From the NCBI GenBank assembly GCA_004296775.1, contig RHGE01000010.1, positions 39,250-103,249 of the forward strand: DNA of 64,000 bases. Direction: 5' to 3'. This document shows positions 18,366 to 28,278 of the stretch, piece after piece (position 1 is the stretch's first letter; each line of letters starts with the position of its first letter). The position numbers and the translations under genes were made by a program. This DNA is from Marinilabiliaceae bacterium JC017 (GTDB lineage Bacteria; Bacteroidota; Bacteroidia; Bacteroidales; Marinilabiliaceae). The notes beneath the pieces were generated by a model, which had not been told where the DNA came from, ran no database searches, and saw nothing but the letters and a program-made list of their open reading frames with translations.

Positions 18366-19706
18366 TCACAGTATCAATATCTTTGCTTGATGTGAAAAAT
18401 CGGCGGTGGTTACGTTTACCAGGTAAATGCCTTTGGAAGGCACGCGAAACGAGGTGGTTCTGTCGATGTTGGCAGATGCAATCCTTATTCCTTCCAGGTT
18501 GAAGATATTAACCATTTTCTGTTGGTCGTAACCCGGATTGACGTATACCTGTCCGTTTTTAGCATGGACCAATATTTTTTCGCCTTTACCGGGCAGGGAG
18601 GACTCTGATGTTGTAACGGAGGAGATAATGTGATGCAACTCTTCGGCAAACAAGGCAGCGCCTTCAATACCGAAGTGGGTCAGGTCATCGAGCTTGTCCT
18701 GTCGGAGATTGGCTTCGGTGGTAATTTTGTCACCGGCTACAAAAACCAGGTTGTTATCGCCATTTGTTTTGAATTCCTCAATGAGCGATTTCAACGCCTG
18801 CCGGTAATCATCGGGGGCAACACCGGTTGATTCATTACCCGTTGACCGGGTATGGGTAAGACTAATACAAAAAATGGTTGCCTTGGGCTGGTTCTTTCTC
18901 ACTTCAGTCAGAAAAGCACGGTAGGCGGTTGTATATTGTGGCACCGTTTTGTCGTTAAACATCATGTCGTTATACCCAATGAGTATGGTGATGATGTCAG
19001 CTTGTGGCATTTCGGCCGTTTGTCTGGCAATGGCTGGGGATATTTTAGCGCCTCCCACGGCCATGTTGTAATAGTCAGCGTCTAATTTTTCCGCCAAAAG
19101 GTAGGGATAGGTCAGGAAACTGGCCGATCCTTGTCCCACACCATGGGTGATGCTGTTACCCAGTGCCAGGTAGATGGGTTTTGCTTTAGGCGTAAAGGGC
19201 ATCAGGTCACTCTTGTCGTTAATCTCCATGTTTGTTAGTGCTACATTGGACCAACTGGGCAATACCACTTCAAAACAGGTTTCCTGTCCGGGGTAATCGT
19301 TTGTTATTTCGAGTAACATTGCTGTTTTTCCGGCATCGCCCTTGAAGGCGTATTTGCCGCTTATTTTGCCGTTTTGCAGCACGGCGAATTCGGATCCCCG
19401 ATTGTCACCTTCTTGTGGAGAAAAGGTCAGGTTTATAAACGGGCTGGCTGTTTTAAACCGCAGTTTGATACCACTGTTGGTGCGTGCCTTTTTGGGATTG
19501 AACAACATTTCATTTAAAGGTGCATTAAGGGTGGTTTCCGAAAAACGGCAGTAATGTAATTTGTCGTGTGAAGGAAATACATAGTTAGCCCCCGTGACAT
19601 GAATATTCGGGTTGTCCAGAGACACTGTTTTGGCCTGTACCTGTGGAATCGTAAACAGTAATGCGGCGATTCCAAGTATGTTAATCAATGGTTTATTTAG
19701 TTTCAT
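18366..19706 (-). CDS. SGNH/GDSL-type esterase with an N-terminal beta-sandwich domain and a T9SS C-terminal sorting domain.
   Basis: Signal peptide. The catalytic block is 'IYLALGNSITHG'. The C-terminal roughly 70 aa are 'KMVNIFNLEGIRIASANIDRTTSFRVPSKGIYLVNV', a T9SS CTD-like segment. Confidence 0.8.
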   Translation of the reverse strand: MKLNKPLINILGIAALLFTIPQVQAKTVSLDNPNIHVTGANYVFPSHDKLHYCRFSETTLNAPLNEMLFNPKKARTNSGIKLRFKTASPFINLTFSPQEGDNRGSEFAVLQNGKISGKYAFKGDAGKTAMLLEITNDYPGQETCFEVVLPSWSNVALTNMEINDKSDLMPFTPKAKPIYLALGNSITHGVGQGSASFLTYPYLLAEKLDADYYNMAVGGAKISPAIARQTAEMPQADIITILIGYNDMMFNDKTVPQYTTAYRAFLTEVRKNQPKATIFCISLTHTRSTGNESTGVAPDDYRQALKSLIEEFKTNGDNNLVFVAGDKITTEANLRQDKLDDLTHFGIEGAALFAEELHHIISSVTTSESSLPGKGEKILVHAKNGQVYVNPGYDQQKMVNIFNLEGIRIASANIDRTTSFRVPSKGIYLVNVTTADFSHQAKILIL

Positions 19707-21258
19707 ATTTAGCAGTTTGTGAATTTAAAAGTTTGAACAATTTACTTTTAAGTGTCTTTACTGTGTTTGTGTAGGCCGGATCAGTAGCCAAAGAGACCGT
19801 TTCATCGGGGTCTTTCTGGTAGTCGTAAAGTTCAATGGCTTCTACTTGTGGGTCTTGGTGAATTATTCCTTCGTGAAATTTTCCCTTCAGCCAAACGGTT
19901 AAGCGGTAACGTTCGGTTCTCAAAGAGTATCCCATCACATTTATACCCCTTGGATACTGGCTCAAAGCATAGTCTTTTACCATTGTTTCAGGTTGTTCAA
20001 GGGCGGGAACCTGGCTTTCTCCTTCCAGAACTTCCGGCGTATCCAGCCCTGATAGTTCACAGAGAGTTGGAAAGATGTCTACAAATTCGGCCATGGAAGA
20101 GGTGTGTTGCCCGTGTGCATAGCTTGGAGCAGAGATGATGAGAGGCGCTTTGGTTGCTTGCTCAAAATTGGTGTGTTTGCACCAAATACCATGATCACCC
20201 AGATGCCAGCCATGATCGCCCCAGAGCACCACAATGGTATTCTCTCTCAAGCCCAATTCATCTAGTTTAGCTAATACTTTTCCCACCTGGGCATCCATAA
20301 AGGAGACCGATGCCCAATAGCCATGAATCAGTTCTTTCTGTTTTTCCAATGGAACAGGACCTTGTTGCGGAATGTCGGAGTAATTGCGTAATTCGCCCCA
20401 GCTATGGTACGCATAGTCTGGTGAATTTTTGGCTTTTTTCGAAAAAGCGGGTAACTCAACGCTGTCACGGTCATACAGATCCCAGTATTTTTTTGGTGCC
20501 ACAAAAGGGAGGTGCGGTTTATGGAATCCTAAAGCCAGGAAAAATGGTTTGTCTCCCTGACTCAGCTGCTCCATCAAGTCCATACCGGCTTCTGCAACGG
20601 CGCCATCTTCATAAGCATTGTCGGGTATATCCATGCATTCAACTGAAGGTGATAAACCCAGACTTTTCAGGTAACGGTTGGTTTGAATCCAACTTAGTTT
20701 TTGCTTTTGGGCCTTTTTCATGGCTTCGTGAATGGCCGGTGTTTGATACTTTCCATTGGCAGGGTAGATGAATCCATCGGCATAAGTCAGTTCTCTGTCG
20801 TGCCGGTATGGAATGCTCCAGGATGTTGGATCATCATCTTTGGCGCCATGCAGTAATTTTCCCAATCCAACGCTTTCGTAACCATTGTCTTTAAAGTATT
20901 GCGGCAGGGTGACCACTTCCGGGTTCATATCGCGCATGTTGGTTTTTAAGTCCCATACTTTGGTGCGGTCGGGTCGTAAACCGGTGAAGACACTGATTCG
21001 TGATGGGGCACAAATGGCTTGCTGGCAGTAGGCATTTGAGAAGGTAACCCCTGATTTGGCCAGTTGGTCTATGTTTGGGGTTAGCACATTCTGATTGCCA
21101 TAACAACCCAGAACCGGTTTTAAATCGTCAACGGTTAGAAACAGGATGTTGGGTTTTTTATCTTCTGTTTTTTTCTTTTTCGACAGACCAGCACAGGCCG
21201 ATGTTCCCATGGCTACGGCCAATAGTGCTAATGATGTGTTTTTTATTTGTGAGTACAT
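19693..21258 (-). CDS. Cys-type sulfatase (iduronate-2-sulfatase-like). It overlaps the downstream esterase by 14 bp.
   Basis: Contains 'LFLTVDDLKPVLGCYGN...CAPSRISVFTGLRPD' and 'LWGDHGWHLGDHGIW'. A signal peptide is present. Confidence 0.9.
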   Translation of the reverse strand: MYSQIKNTSLALLAVAMGTSACAGLSKKKKTEDKKPNILFLTVDDLKPVLGCYGNQNVLTPNIDQLAKSGVTFSNAYCQQAICAPSRISVFTGLRPDRTKVWDLKTNMRDMNPEVVTLPQYFKDNGYESVGLGKLLHGAKDDDPTSWSIPYRHDRELTYADGFIYPANGKYQTPAIHEAMKKAQKQKLSWIQTNRYLKSLGLSPSVECMDIPDNAYEDGAVAEAGMDLMEQLSQGDKPFFLALGFHKPHLPFVAPKKYWDLYDRDSVELPAFSKKAKNSPDYAYHSWGELRNYSDIPQQGPVPLEKQKELIHGYWASVSFMDAQVGKVLAKLDELGLRENTIVVLWGDHGWHLGDHGIWCKHTNFEQATKAPLIISAPSYAHGQHTSSMAEFVDIFPTLCELSGLDTPEVLEGESQVPALEQPETMVKDYALSQYPRGINVMGYSLRTERYRLTVWLKGKFHEGIIHQDPQVEAIELYDYQKDPDETVSLATDPAYTNTVKTLKSKLFKLLNSQTAKYETK

Positions 21259-21525
21259 TTAATCTTAGAATTTCGTTTTTTGTGTTGAGAAAAAATATGG
21301 GGTTGCTTTTTAACTATCGATATTCAGGTCTATTATCTGTTATATAACAAGCTTTTCCTTTATTTTATCAATACGAACAGAAACATCATTTTTGCAGATT
21401 CCCTTGTTAAGAATAGTGAGTGATTTGTTTTTAATCATCCGTGTCTGTAATATTATCATGATGTCAATCTACTCAGCCACCAAGGTGAAATTATAATCCA
21501 ATGCTCTTTTATCGCCATCATTAAA

Positions 21526-23022
21526 CTAATGCCCCTTCTTTTTCCATTTGCCTTTTGACGGATCTATTTTTTCAGCATTGATCTCTTTTTTACAATCGTG
21601 CAACATTTTCAGGAGTTCCCGGGTTTTGTCAGGCATCTTGGTAGCCAGGTTGTGTTGTTCGCCAATATCTTTTTTTAAATTGAATAACTCTACCTCTCCT
21701 TTGTCATACCATTCAATCAATTTGTAATCGCCCAGTCGCACTGCACTACTGTTTTCATCACCGGTGCTGCCGGGCCGCGCTAAGGGTGAATGCCAGAACA
21801 GCGGTTGTTGGCGTTCAAATGCTTCCCCTTTAATGGCAGATAGTACATTGGTGCCATCCAGATGATCTTTTGGGCGTTGTTCCAGGCCAGCCATGGCCAA
21901 TACCGTCGGGTAGATGTCGGTGCCGTTGATGATGGCTTCGGAGGTGGTTCCGGCTGGTGTTACCCCCGGCCATTTCACGATGTATGCTTCACGGATGCCG
22001 CCTTCATACAGCCATCCTTTTCCATATCGCAAGGGATAGTTGGAAGTGGCCAGTTTACGGTTGTTACCCCTGGTGGATAGACCTCCATTATCGGCGGTAA
22101 AAATGATGATGGTGTTATCGGCAATATCCAGATCGTTTAATGTCTTTGTGATTTCTGCCATGCTCTGATCAATACTCTCGATCATGGCAGCATAAACCGG
22201 GAGATCCTGTCGTAATTTGGTGTCGCCGGTAATTGTTTTTTCGTATTCCGGCAAGTCGTATTCCATGGTCTTTAGTTTCTGCCGGTATTTTTTTACCAGT
22301 TCCTCTTTGGCTTCGAAAGGTGTGTGTACTCCGTAATGCGAAAGAAAGAGGAAGAACGGTTTGTCCGGCTGACTGGCTACGTGATTTTCCATGAAGGCCA
22401 CTGATTCATTGGTCAGCCGGTCGGTCAGGTATTCACCTTCCTGTCCGCCTTCATCCAGGCCGTGTAGTTCATTTTTCTTCATCCCTTTGGCGCCAGCGGC
22501 TGTTTTTTCTCCTTTCCGGTAGGGATAGAAATAGGTGGGGGGTGAGCCCGCTTTTCCACCGGCTACGTTGATGTCGAAGCCTTGATTTTCCGGCATATTG
22601 GCTTTCCCGTGTTTGAATATCAGGTGCCATTTGCCGGTGAAAAAAGTGGTGTAACCCCCTTGTTTCAGGGCTTCGGCGATGGTAACGTCTTCCGGGACCA
22701 AACCGCCTTTTCCCGGTACATGGGCCCGGGCCGGGTAACGACCGGTTAATAAACCATAACGGGCAGGAACACACCTGGGATGGGATGTGTACCCCTGGGT
22801 GAAACGAATGCCTTCAGTTGCCAATTGATCAATGGCCGGCGTTTCGTAAAACTGTGATCCCTGGCAGGCGAGATCCATCCAGCCCAGGTCATCCACATAA
22901 AACAGGATAATGTTGGGGGATTGCTTTTGTTTTTGGCCCTTTGCCTTTAAGGGTAATAGAAGGCAAACGAATGTTAAGATCCTGAAGATTGAAAATACGG
23001 GGACTTTATTCATATTATTCAT
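21526..23022 (-). CDS. Cys-type sulfatase (arylsulfatase-A-like).
   Basis: Contains 'ILFYVDDLGWMD...CVPARYGLLTGRYPAR' and 'FTADNGG'. A signal peptide is present. It is a paralog of the gene at 2622. Confidence 0.9.
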   Translation of the reverse strand: MNNMNKVPVFSIFRILTFVCLLLPLKAKGQKQKQSPNIILFYVDDLGWMDLACQGSQFYETPAIDQLATEGIRFTQGYTSHPRCVPARYGLLTGRYPARAHVPGKGGLVPEDVTIAEALKQGGYTTFFTGKWHLIFKHGKANMPENQGFDINVAGGKAGSPPTYFYPYRKGEKTAAGAKGMKKNELHGLDEGGQEGEYLTDRLTNESVAFMENHVASQPDKPFFLFLSHYGVHTPFEAKEELVKKYRQKLKTMEYDLPEYEKTITGDTKLRQDLPVYAAMIESIDQSMAEITKTLNDLDIADNTIIIFTADNGGLSTRGNNRKLATSNYPLRYGKGWLYEGGIREAYIVKWPGVTPAGTTSEAIINGTDIYPTVLAMAGLEQRPKDHLDGTNVLSAIKGEAFERQQPLFWHSPLARPGSTGDENSSAVRLGDYKLIEWYDKGEVELFNLKKDIGEQHNLATKMPDKTRELLKMLHDCKKEINAEKIDPSKGKWKKKGH

Positions 23023-23127
23023 GGTGTGGCTATGTGAGAAATGTTTCGTCTTATTGTTCTATTTGAAAATACCTTTGCAACCGGGTAATTGCAAAGGTAT
23101 TCTGCTATTTAATAAATATGAAAAAAG

Positions 23128-23967
23128 CTATTTCTTGGTGAATTTTTGTTGTACAGGTTTTCCGTTAACGGTAGCTGAAACAATATACATCCCTTTAAGG
23201 AGCTGACTGATGTCGAGACCTTCTGAAATATTGGTTCCATCCAATACTTTTTGGCCTGAGATGCTGTAGATCTCCACCGCCTCAATATTACCCTCTGATT
23301 GGAGGTAGAGTTGCGAGGTAGCGGGGTTGGGGTATAGGTTGAATTGATCCGTTGCATCCAAATCATTGATGGCTGTAGGGGTGTGTTTTTCAATGGTGAT
23401 GTCATCAACCAATACCTCACAATTTTGTTCCTTGCTGTCAAAGAAAAGCTGAGCCAGTTGTGTGTTCAGTCCCACGAAAGGCAATACGTATTCTTTCCAG
23501 GTGTCAGTTAAGGGTTGAAAATCGTTGTTAATACCACTGATACCTGCTTTCCCGGCTTCGTTATTTTTGTTCGTAGTTTTAGCCCAAAGACGGAGTGCAT
23601 AGTTTTCACCCGGATTGATCTGACTTAGGGTATTTGACCGTAGTTTGACTGTTGGTGTTTTTCCTTCTTTCTGTGGAATGAATGCCTCTTTGTTAATTTC
23701 AAATTTCATGCACTGTACACCTGTGCTTCCCGGGCGTTTTTGGGCTGTAATTTTGGATTTGTAGCTTTTATTGTCAGCAGTGGCGTTACTGAAAATATCC
23801 TTCCACATGGTACTGGCATTGACGTCTTTCCAGTCGTTTTGATTTTTAACCAGGAAATCAGTGGCGAAACCTTCAGATGTTTCGAAACCATTAGTGATAG
23901 GTAATTGACCAAAAGTCATTGCGCACAACAATGTCATGCTAAAGGACAAAGTAAAGATCTTCTTCAT
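23128..23967 (-). CDS. Secreted protein of unknown function with a T9SS C-terminal sorting domain.
   Basis: Signal peptide. The C-terminal 'FNLYPNPATSQLYLQSEGNIEAVEIYSISGQKVLDG...GMYIVSATVNGKPVQQKF' is CTD-like. Confidence 0.65.
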   Translation of the reverse strand: MKKIFTLSFSMTLLCAMTFGQLPITNGFETSEGFATDFLVKNQNDWKDVNASTMWKDIFSNATADNKSYKSKITAQKRPGSTGVQCMKFEINKEAFIPQKEGKTPTVKLRSNTLSQINPGENYALRLWAKTTNKNNEAGKAGISGINNDFQPLTDTWKEYVLPFVGLNTQLAQLFFDSKEQNCEVLVDDITIEKHTPTAINDLDATDQFNLYPNPATSQLYLQSEGNIEAVEIYSISGQKVLDGTNISEGLDISQLLKGMYIVSATVNGKPVQQKFTKK

Positions 23968-24228
23968 AACTTGATTTTTTAAAATTAGATTGATACTAAA
24001 GTATCGGTATGTTTATAGAGTGGGGGGTAATTAATCGTTCCAAAAGGGAGGGGGAATAGTTCAATTCACAAGTTTTGTGGTTAATTTAATGGTTGTGGTT
24101 ATGAATCAGTGAGGAAAAACGTTGGTTAGTGAACGATTTGTAATTCTTTTTAGAACGATTTCAGGCCAGAGACCGCCATGAAAGGGAAGTAGATTTACAA
24201 GGACTTATAATCAGTAATTAATTCGCAT

Positions 24229-27200
24229 ATGAGGAAAAATCTACTTTTGAGTATATGGTTACAAGTGTTGTTTATAACCAGCCTTTGGGCGCAAAGTTCG
24301 ACGGATAGACAATTTTATAAGGAGTATTGGCAATCCCGTCAATATATAGTACCTGCAACTTCGGTTATGAAAAGGTTAGAGACTGGTAGTTCGGCCGATG
24401 CTGTTATTTATGTAAAAACCAGTCAAGAGCTAGCCCGGGTTTTACCTACTCAGTTTGGGGTAAATACTCCCTTTCGAAATGGCAGTGACCAATTAGACCG
24501 GGCTGCATTATACGATCAGGCCGGGATGGGGTCGCTTCGTTATCCGGCCGGTAGCGGATCAAATAAATATTTTTGGGACGGGAAGGTTCCTGCCGATTTC
24601 AGAATTGAGTTGAATGGTATTGATGGTACAAAAAACAGTTATTTGAAGCCTGAAAGCTTTGTGCAATTTCTCCATTCCATAAACAGTGAAGCAACCATTG
24701 TGGTCAATTATTTCTATGCTCGTTATGGAGCAACCACTGAAGGAACCCGGGAAGCCCGGGTTAAACAGGCGGCTGATTATGCTGCCGGTTTTGTGCGCAA
24801 GATGAATGTGGAGTTGGGGGCTAACATTAAAAACTGGGAAATTGGTAACGAATGCTATGGAAAATGGGAAGAAGGCTATGATGTGAATGGTAGCATAGTA
24901 ACCGGAAAAGAGTACGGGGAGGATTTTCGGGTGATGGCTGAAGCGATGAAAGCTGTTGATCCAACGATAAAAGTAGGGGTGGTAGTAACTAGAGAGGATG
25001 ATGAGTGGAACAGTAGCGTGTTACCGGAGGTGAAAGATCATGCCGATTTTTTGGTGGTACACAACTATTTTACCTCTGTGAAAGATGCTACGCCTCAAAA
25101 TTTATTGAATAGTGTGGAGCAGGTAGAGGCGGTTCATACGACGCTATTAGATTGTGTGGAGCGGTATACCGGAAAGCCACGTGATTATTTTCCGGTGGCC
25201 ATGACGGAGTTTAATACCCGGGGTTCTTACAATTGTACTATGCTTAACGGCCTTTTTGTGGCTCAGGTGCTGGGGGAAGTGATTAAAACCGGTTATGGGA
25301 TGGTAAATCTGTGGGTGTCGGAATGGAACTGGAATGATGCCGATCAGGAAAGTAAAGGTTTTTTGGCCCGTAATGATCCCGATCAGGCTGATTATACCCC
25401 TCGACAGAGCTACATGCCCTATTATTTTTATGACAAGTGTTTTGGTGATCGGATGGTAGAGGCATCTTCCAATCATTCTGATGTGAAGGTATATGCCTCT
25501 ACCTTTGAAAGTGGTGAAGTGGGATTAGTGGTGATCAATACTTCTGATACCGAAAAAAGTGTTCAGTTGGATTTAGCTTCCGCTGGTGTTGGTGTCGATT
25601 ACAATAAAGCCTATTGGTATGAGTTTTATGCCAACTCTATCACACCGGGAGATAAACGGTTTTATATCAACGGGCAAACAGGTAGTACCGCTGGAGGCGG
25701 ACCTGAGCATTATGCCGGGATTGCACCTTATGAATCAACTGTTACCCGTAACACGCTTTTTAATGCGAAAAAGTACAGTGTGAATTTTATTGTGCTTGAA
25801 TCGGGTGTGAGCGTAGCCGATCCGGTTATTGAAAGCGTTGGGGTGCAGGTTTCTATTTCTACACCCACCCAAGGGGCGGCTATCTACTACTCCACAGATG
25901 GCAGTGAACCGGATGCTTCGTCTGCTTTATATACCGGAGCCTTCACTGCACCTCCGGGGGCGGTGATAAAAGCCATTGCTGTAAAGAATGATGTAAGCAG
26001 CCAGGTTGTTTCGTTGAATATTCAGTACAATGTGCTTTTTATCGCTGTGGATGACCTGAAGCCGGTCTTGAATTGTTATGGTGAGTCACAAATTGTATCG
26101 CCCAGTATTGATCGTCTGGCTGATCAGGGAATGGTCTTTACCAAAGCTTATTGTCAATGGTCGGTTTGCGGGCCATCGCGAGCCAGTGTCATGACTGGTC
26201 AAACACCTGATGGAACAGGTATCAGGAATCTGAAATCACTTTTACGGGTGGAGAATCCCCAGTTGGTTACGTTACCAGAATATTTTAAGAATAACGGTTA
26301 TGTGACTGCAGCTTGCGGTAAGGTCTTTGATCCCCGCAATGTGGATGAAGGGCATGACAGTCATTCATGGGCTATTCCCTATACTGATCCGGGCGATTAT
26401 GATTTTCCGGCGGAATATGGTGATTTTGTAAAGGGGAATACGTACCGGGTGTCTCCCAATGCAGCGACAGAATGTGGCCCTGTTGGCGTAGATGATGATG
26501 GTTACCTGGATGGGCAAATTTGTCAGGATGCCTTGGGTAAACTGGAAGCATTGGCCGGGAGAGGGGATCAGCCTTTCTTTTTGGCTGTCGGATTCAAGAA
26601 ACCGCATATTCCATTTGTTGCGCCGGAGAAATATTGGGATTTATACGATCGCAATTCCATTGAGTTGGCTGCCTATCAGAAAATGGCCGTTGGCAGTCCT
26701 GAGTATGCTTATCATACGCCTGAGCCAATGGGGTATACCGATATCCCTGATCCCTGGACCTATGATGATGTGGAGAAGGGAGACGATATATTGTCTCCTG
26801 ATGATCAGCGCCGGCTGATTCATGGGTATTATGCATGTGTGTCGTATATAGATGCCCAGATAGGTAAGTTGCTCGATAAGCTGGAGGAGAAAGGAATGAC
26901 CGGTAATACCGTTGTTATGTTGTATGGTGATCATGGTTATCACCTGGGCGATCATAACCAGTGGGGGAAGCATACCAATTTTGAGAATGCCTTGCGGGCC
27001 CCTTTGATTATATCTGCGCCGGGAGGTGTTACCGGGAAAAATAGTACTCCTGTTGAGTTTACTGATATTTATCCTACCATGTGTGAGTTAGCGGGTTTGA
27101 ATGTACCTTATTCTACCCTTCAGGGAGCAAGCCTGGCGCCCTTGTTAAGAGGCGAGGAAATGACCGGTAAAACATGTGCTGTTTCAGAATACCGGGCAGG

Positions 27201-28218
27201 TGGTGGATCGGGTTACTCCTTTCGGACAGCACGCTACCGGCTTTCATTGTGGTTTAAAAGCTCAAAAGACCGGCCCGATGTGATCGATTGGGATGAAAGC
27301 CGTATCAAGGACATGGAGTTGTACGATTATGAGAATGATCCTTTTGAAACCACTAACCTGGCTTATCTGCCGCAATATGTACAGGTGGTTACTGACCTGA
27401 AAACGATGGCCGCCGGGTGGTGGGGAAAACAGTACCAGTTTTTTGCCAATCCTGCTCAACAAGAATTGGCGTTGCCATTCATTGAACATTTCGAGAATTA
27501 TTCTTTGGGTGCTTCCATTACTGGCGATAAATGGTTATCGGAAAATTCGATGTGGGAGAGGGTTTGGCAGAGTAATAATGCCAATGCCTTTGAAGGTACG
27601 GTGGTGGATGATTCAGGAGCTGATGGGACGCAGGCGCTCAAAATCAGCATTACCAGTCGAAGCAGAGCGGATGGAGGTGATGTGATTAAATTGCAAACTG
27701 TTGATTTAACCAGATTTGAAAAGAAACAATATGTTGTTTCGTATCTGGCACGGACCAATGCTGCGGGCATAGGTAAAGCTAAGGTGGGGGTCTCTGATAA
27801 TAATGAGGATTGGCACGAACTGGGGGCGACCTATCAGGAGTATTTTGATACGGTAACATTATCTAATGGAAAACTCTATCTGCATTTCAATAATACCGAT
27901 CTGGTTTCTGGTACGAATTATAAAGTATGGATTGATAATCTGAAAATATCTGCTGCTCCTCCTACCAGTTCGGATGTGGGGATTATTGAAATGCCGCAGA
28001 ATGATTTACTGGTTTACCCGAATCCGGTTAAAAGCAGGCTCTATGTAAAGGGTAGCGATCAAATTGATGCGATTTATTTATATGACCTGAGTGGTGTGTG
28101 TCTTATAAAGAAGATGAATATCAATTATATCGATTTACAGGAAATAAATCGGGGGCTGTATCTTTTGGTCGCAGAGGTGAATGGAAACAGGATAGTAAAA
28201 AGAATCGTAAAGGAGTGA
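24229..28218 (+). CDS. Multidomain T9SS-secreted enzyme. It combines a TIM-barrel glycoside hydrolase (clan GH-A-like), a chitobiase/Big-like domain, a Cys-type sulfatase, a CBM-like beta-sandwich and a T9SS CTD.
   Basis: Signal peptide. The GH-A-like catalytic-acid motif is 'NWEIGNECYG'. The sulfatase domain starts at about aa 600 with 'VLFIAVDDLKPVLNCYG...CGPSRASVMTGQ' and 'LYGDHGYHLGDH'. The C-terminus is 'LLVYPNPVKSRLYVKG...LYLLVAEVNGNRIVKRIV'. Confidence 0.85.
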   Translation: MRKNLLLSIWLQVLFITSLWAQSSTDRQFYKEYWQSRQYIVPATSVMKRLETGSSADAVIYVKTSQELARVLPTQFGVNTPFRNGSDQLDRAALYDQAGMGSLRYPAGSGSNKYFWDGKVPADFRIELNGIDGTKNSYLKPESFVQFLHSINSEATIVVNYFYARYGATTEGTREARVKQAADYAAGFVRKMNVELGANIKNWEIGNECYGKWEEGYDVNGSIVTGKEYGEDFRVMAEAMKAVDPTIKVGVVVTREDDEWNSSVLPEVKDHADFLVVHNYFTSVKDATPQNLLNSVEQVEAVHTTLLDCVERYTGKPRDYFPVAMTEFNTRGSYNCTMLNGLFVAQVLGEVIKTGYGMVNLWVSEWNWNDADQESKGFLARNDPDQADYTPRQSYMPYYFYDKCFGDRMVEASSNHSDVKVYASTFESGEVGLVVINTSDTEKSVQLDLASAGVGVDYNKAYWYEFYANSITPGDKRFYINGQTGSTAGGGPEHYAGIAPYESTVTRNTLFNAKKYSVNFIVLESGVSVADPVIESVGVQVSISTPTQGAAIYYSTDGSEPDASSALYTGAFTAPPGAVIKAIAVKNDVSSQVVSLNIQYNVLFIAVDDLKPVLNCYGESQIVSPSIDRLADQGMVFTKAYCQWSVCGPSRASVMTGQTPDGTGIRNLKSLLRVENPQLVTLPEYFKNNGYVTAACGKVFDPRNVDEGHDSHSWAIPYTDPGDYDFPAEYGDFVKGNTYRVSPNAATECGPVGVDDDGYLDGQICQDALGKLEALAGRGDQPFFLAVGFKKPHIPFVAPEKYWDLYDRNSIELAAYQKMAVGSPEYAYHTPEPMGYTDIPDPWTYDDVEKGDDILSPDDQRRLIHGYYACVSYIDAQIGKLLDKLEEKGMTGNTVVMLYGDHGYHLGDHNQWGKHTNFENALRAPLIISAPGGVTGKNSTPVEFTDIYPTMCELAGLNVPYSTLQGASLAPLLRGEEMTGKTCAVSEYRAGGGSGYSFRTARYRLSLWFKSSKDRPDVIDWDESRIKDMELYDYENDPFETTNLAYLPQYVQVVTDLKTMAAGWWGKQYQFFANPAQQELALPFIEHFENYSLGASITGDKWLSENSMWERVWQSNNANAFEGTVVDDSGADGTQALKISITSRSRADGGDVIKLQTVDLTRFEKKQYVVSYLARTNAAGIGKAKVGVSDNNEDWHELGATYQEYFDTVTLSNGKLYLHFNNTDLVSGTNYKVWIDNLKISAAPPTSSDVGIIEMPQNDLLVYPNPVKSRLYVKGSDQIDAIYLYDLSGVCLIKKMNINYIDLQEINRGLYLLVAEVNGNRIVKRIVKE

Positions 28219-28278
28219 TCTGTATTAAAATGAAAAGATTAACGATCTATAGAATTCAGTGACTTTATATATTCTAAA

